A stretch of 64,000 bases of DNA, taken from contig OY986946.1 in assembly GCA_963920595.1 (NCBI GenBank), positions 6,944,001 through 7,008,000 on the forward strand, written 5' to 3'. The notes beneath the pieces are model-generated. The model was not told the origin of the DNA, made no database searches, and worked only from the letters and a program-made list of their open reading frames with translations. Source of the DNA: Eimeria praecox (Eukaryota). This document shows positions 61,795 to 64,000 of this stretch, in pieces. A program made the position numbers and the translations under genes. Position 1 is the stretch's first letter. Every line of letters begins with the position of its first letter.

Positions 61795-61945
61795 GCAGCA
61801 ACAGCAACAGCAGCAGCAGCAGCAGCACAGACTGTTTGGGGGTGGACCTCGTATTCATTGAGGTTGACAGTATTCTTGTTTAAGAGAAGCCATCCCCTCT
61901 TGTTCTAGACGAAGCGCTGCTGCTGCTGCTGCTGCAGCTGCTGCA

Positions 61946-61982
<37 letters not shown>

Positions 61983-62106
61983 CAGCTGCTGCAGCTGCGA
62001 GGCTGGGGCATACGCCGATGAGGGCTGGAGTGTATATACACCCGGCAGCAGGGGTGTTACGCAGCAGAAGTTGTGTTGCTGCAGCAGGCTGCAGCAGCAA
62101 AATCAA

Positions 62107-64000
<1,894 letters not shown>

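Noticed and set aside
56000..61900. Additional genes or upstream exons of the IQ-motif gene (e.g. ORF 60394-60738)
   Set aside because: I found no phase-consistent exon chain or recognisable domain.

Overview
Eukaryotic genomic DNA typical of an Eimeria-type coccidian (Apicomplexa). It is dense in CAG/CTG triplet runs, interstitial telomere-like AAACCCT/TTTAGGG arrays, TGCATGCA octamers and AT-rich microsatellite-filled introns. Most short ORFs in the supplied track are repeat artefacts. Manual splicing supports these genes: glutathione reductase (+, 9 exons), a two-domain ApiAP2 transcription factor (-, 6 exons), a DnaJ/DnaJ-X protein (-, 11 exons), LUC7 (+, 9 exons), CCT5 (-, 10 exons), a Q/S-rich hypothetical (+), an intronless BT1 folate/biopterin transporter (+) and a partial IQ-motif gene (+). 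A probable decayed Ty3/gypsy remnant lies at about 30.3-32.5 kb. Three observations stand out. (1) A 15 x 130-bp array inside an AP2 intron multiplies the last 50 nt of an AP2-domain exon with AG/GT ends, and is followed by one diverged copy. (2) At least seven introns are bracketed by complementary telomeric arms, C-rich after the donor and G-rich before the acceptor. (3) There are two GC-AG introns and a candidate poison exon in LUC7. Gene models were built by hand without RNA data or database searches.
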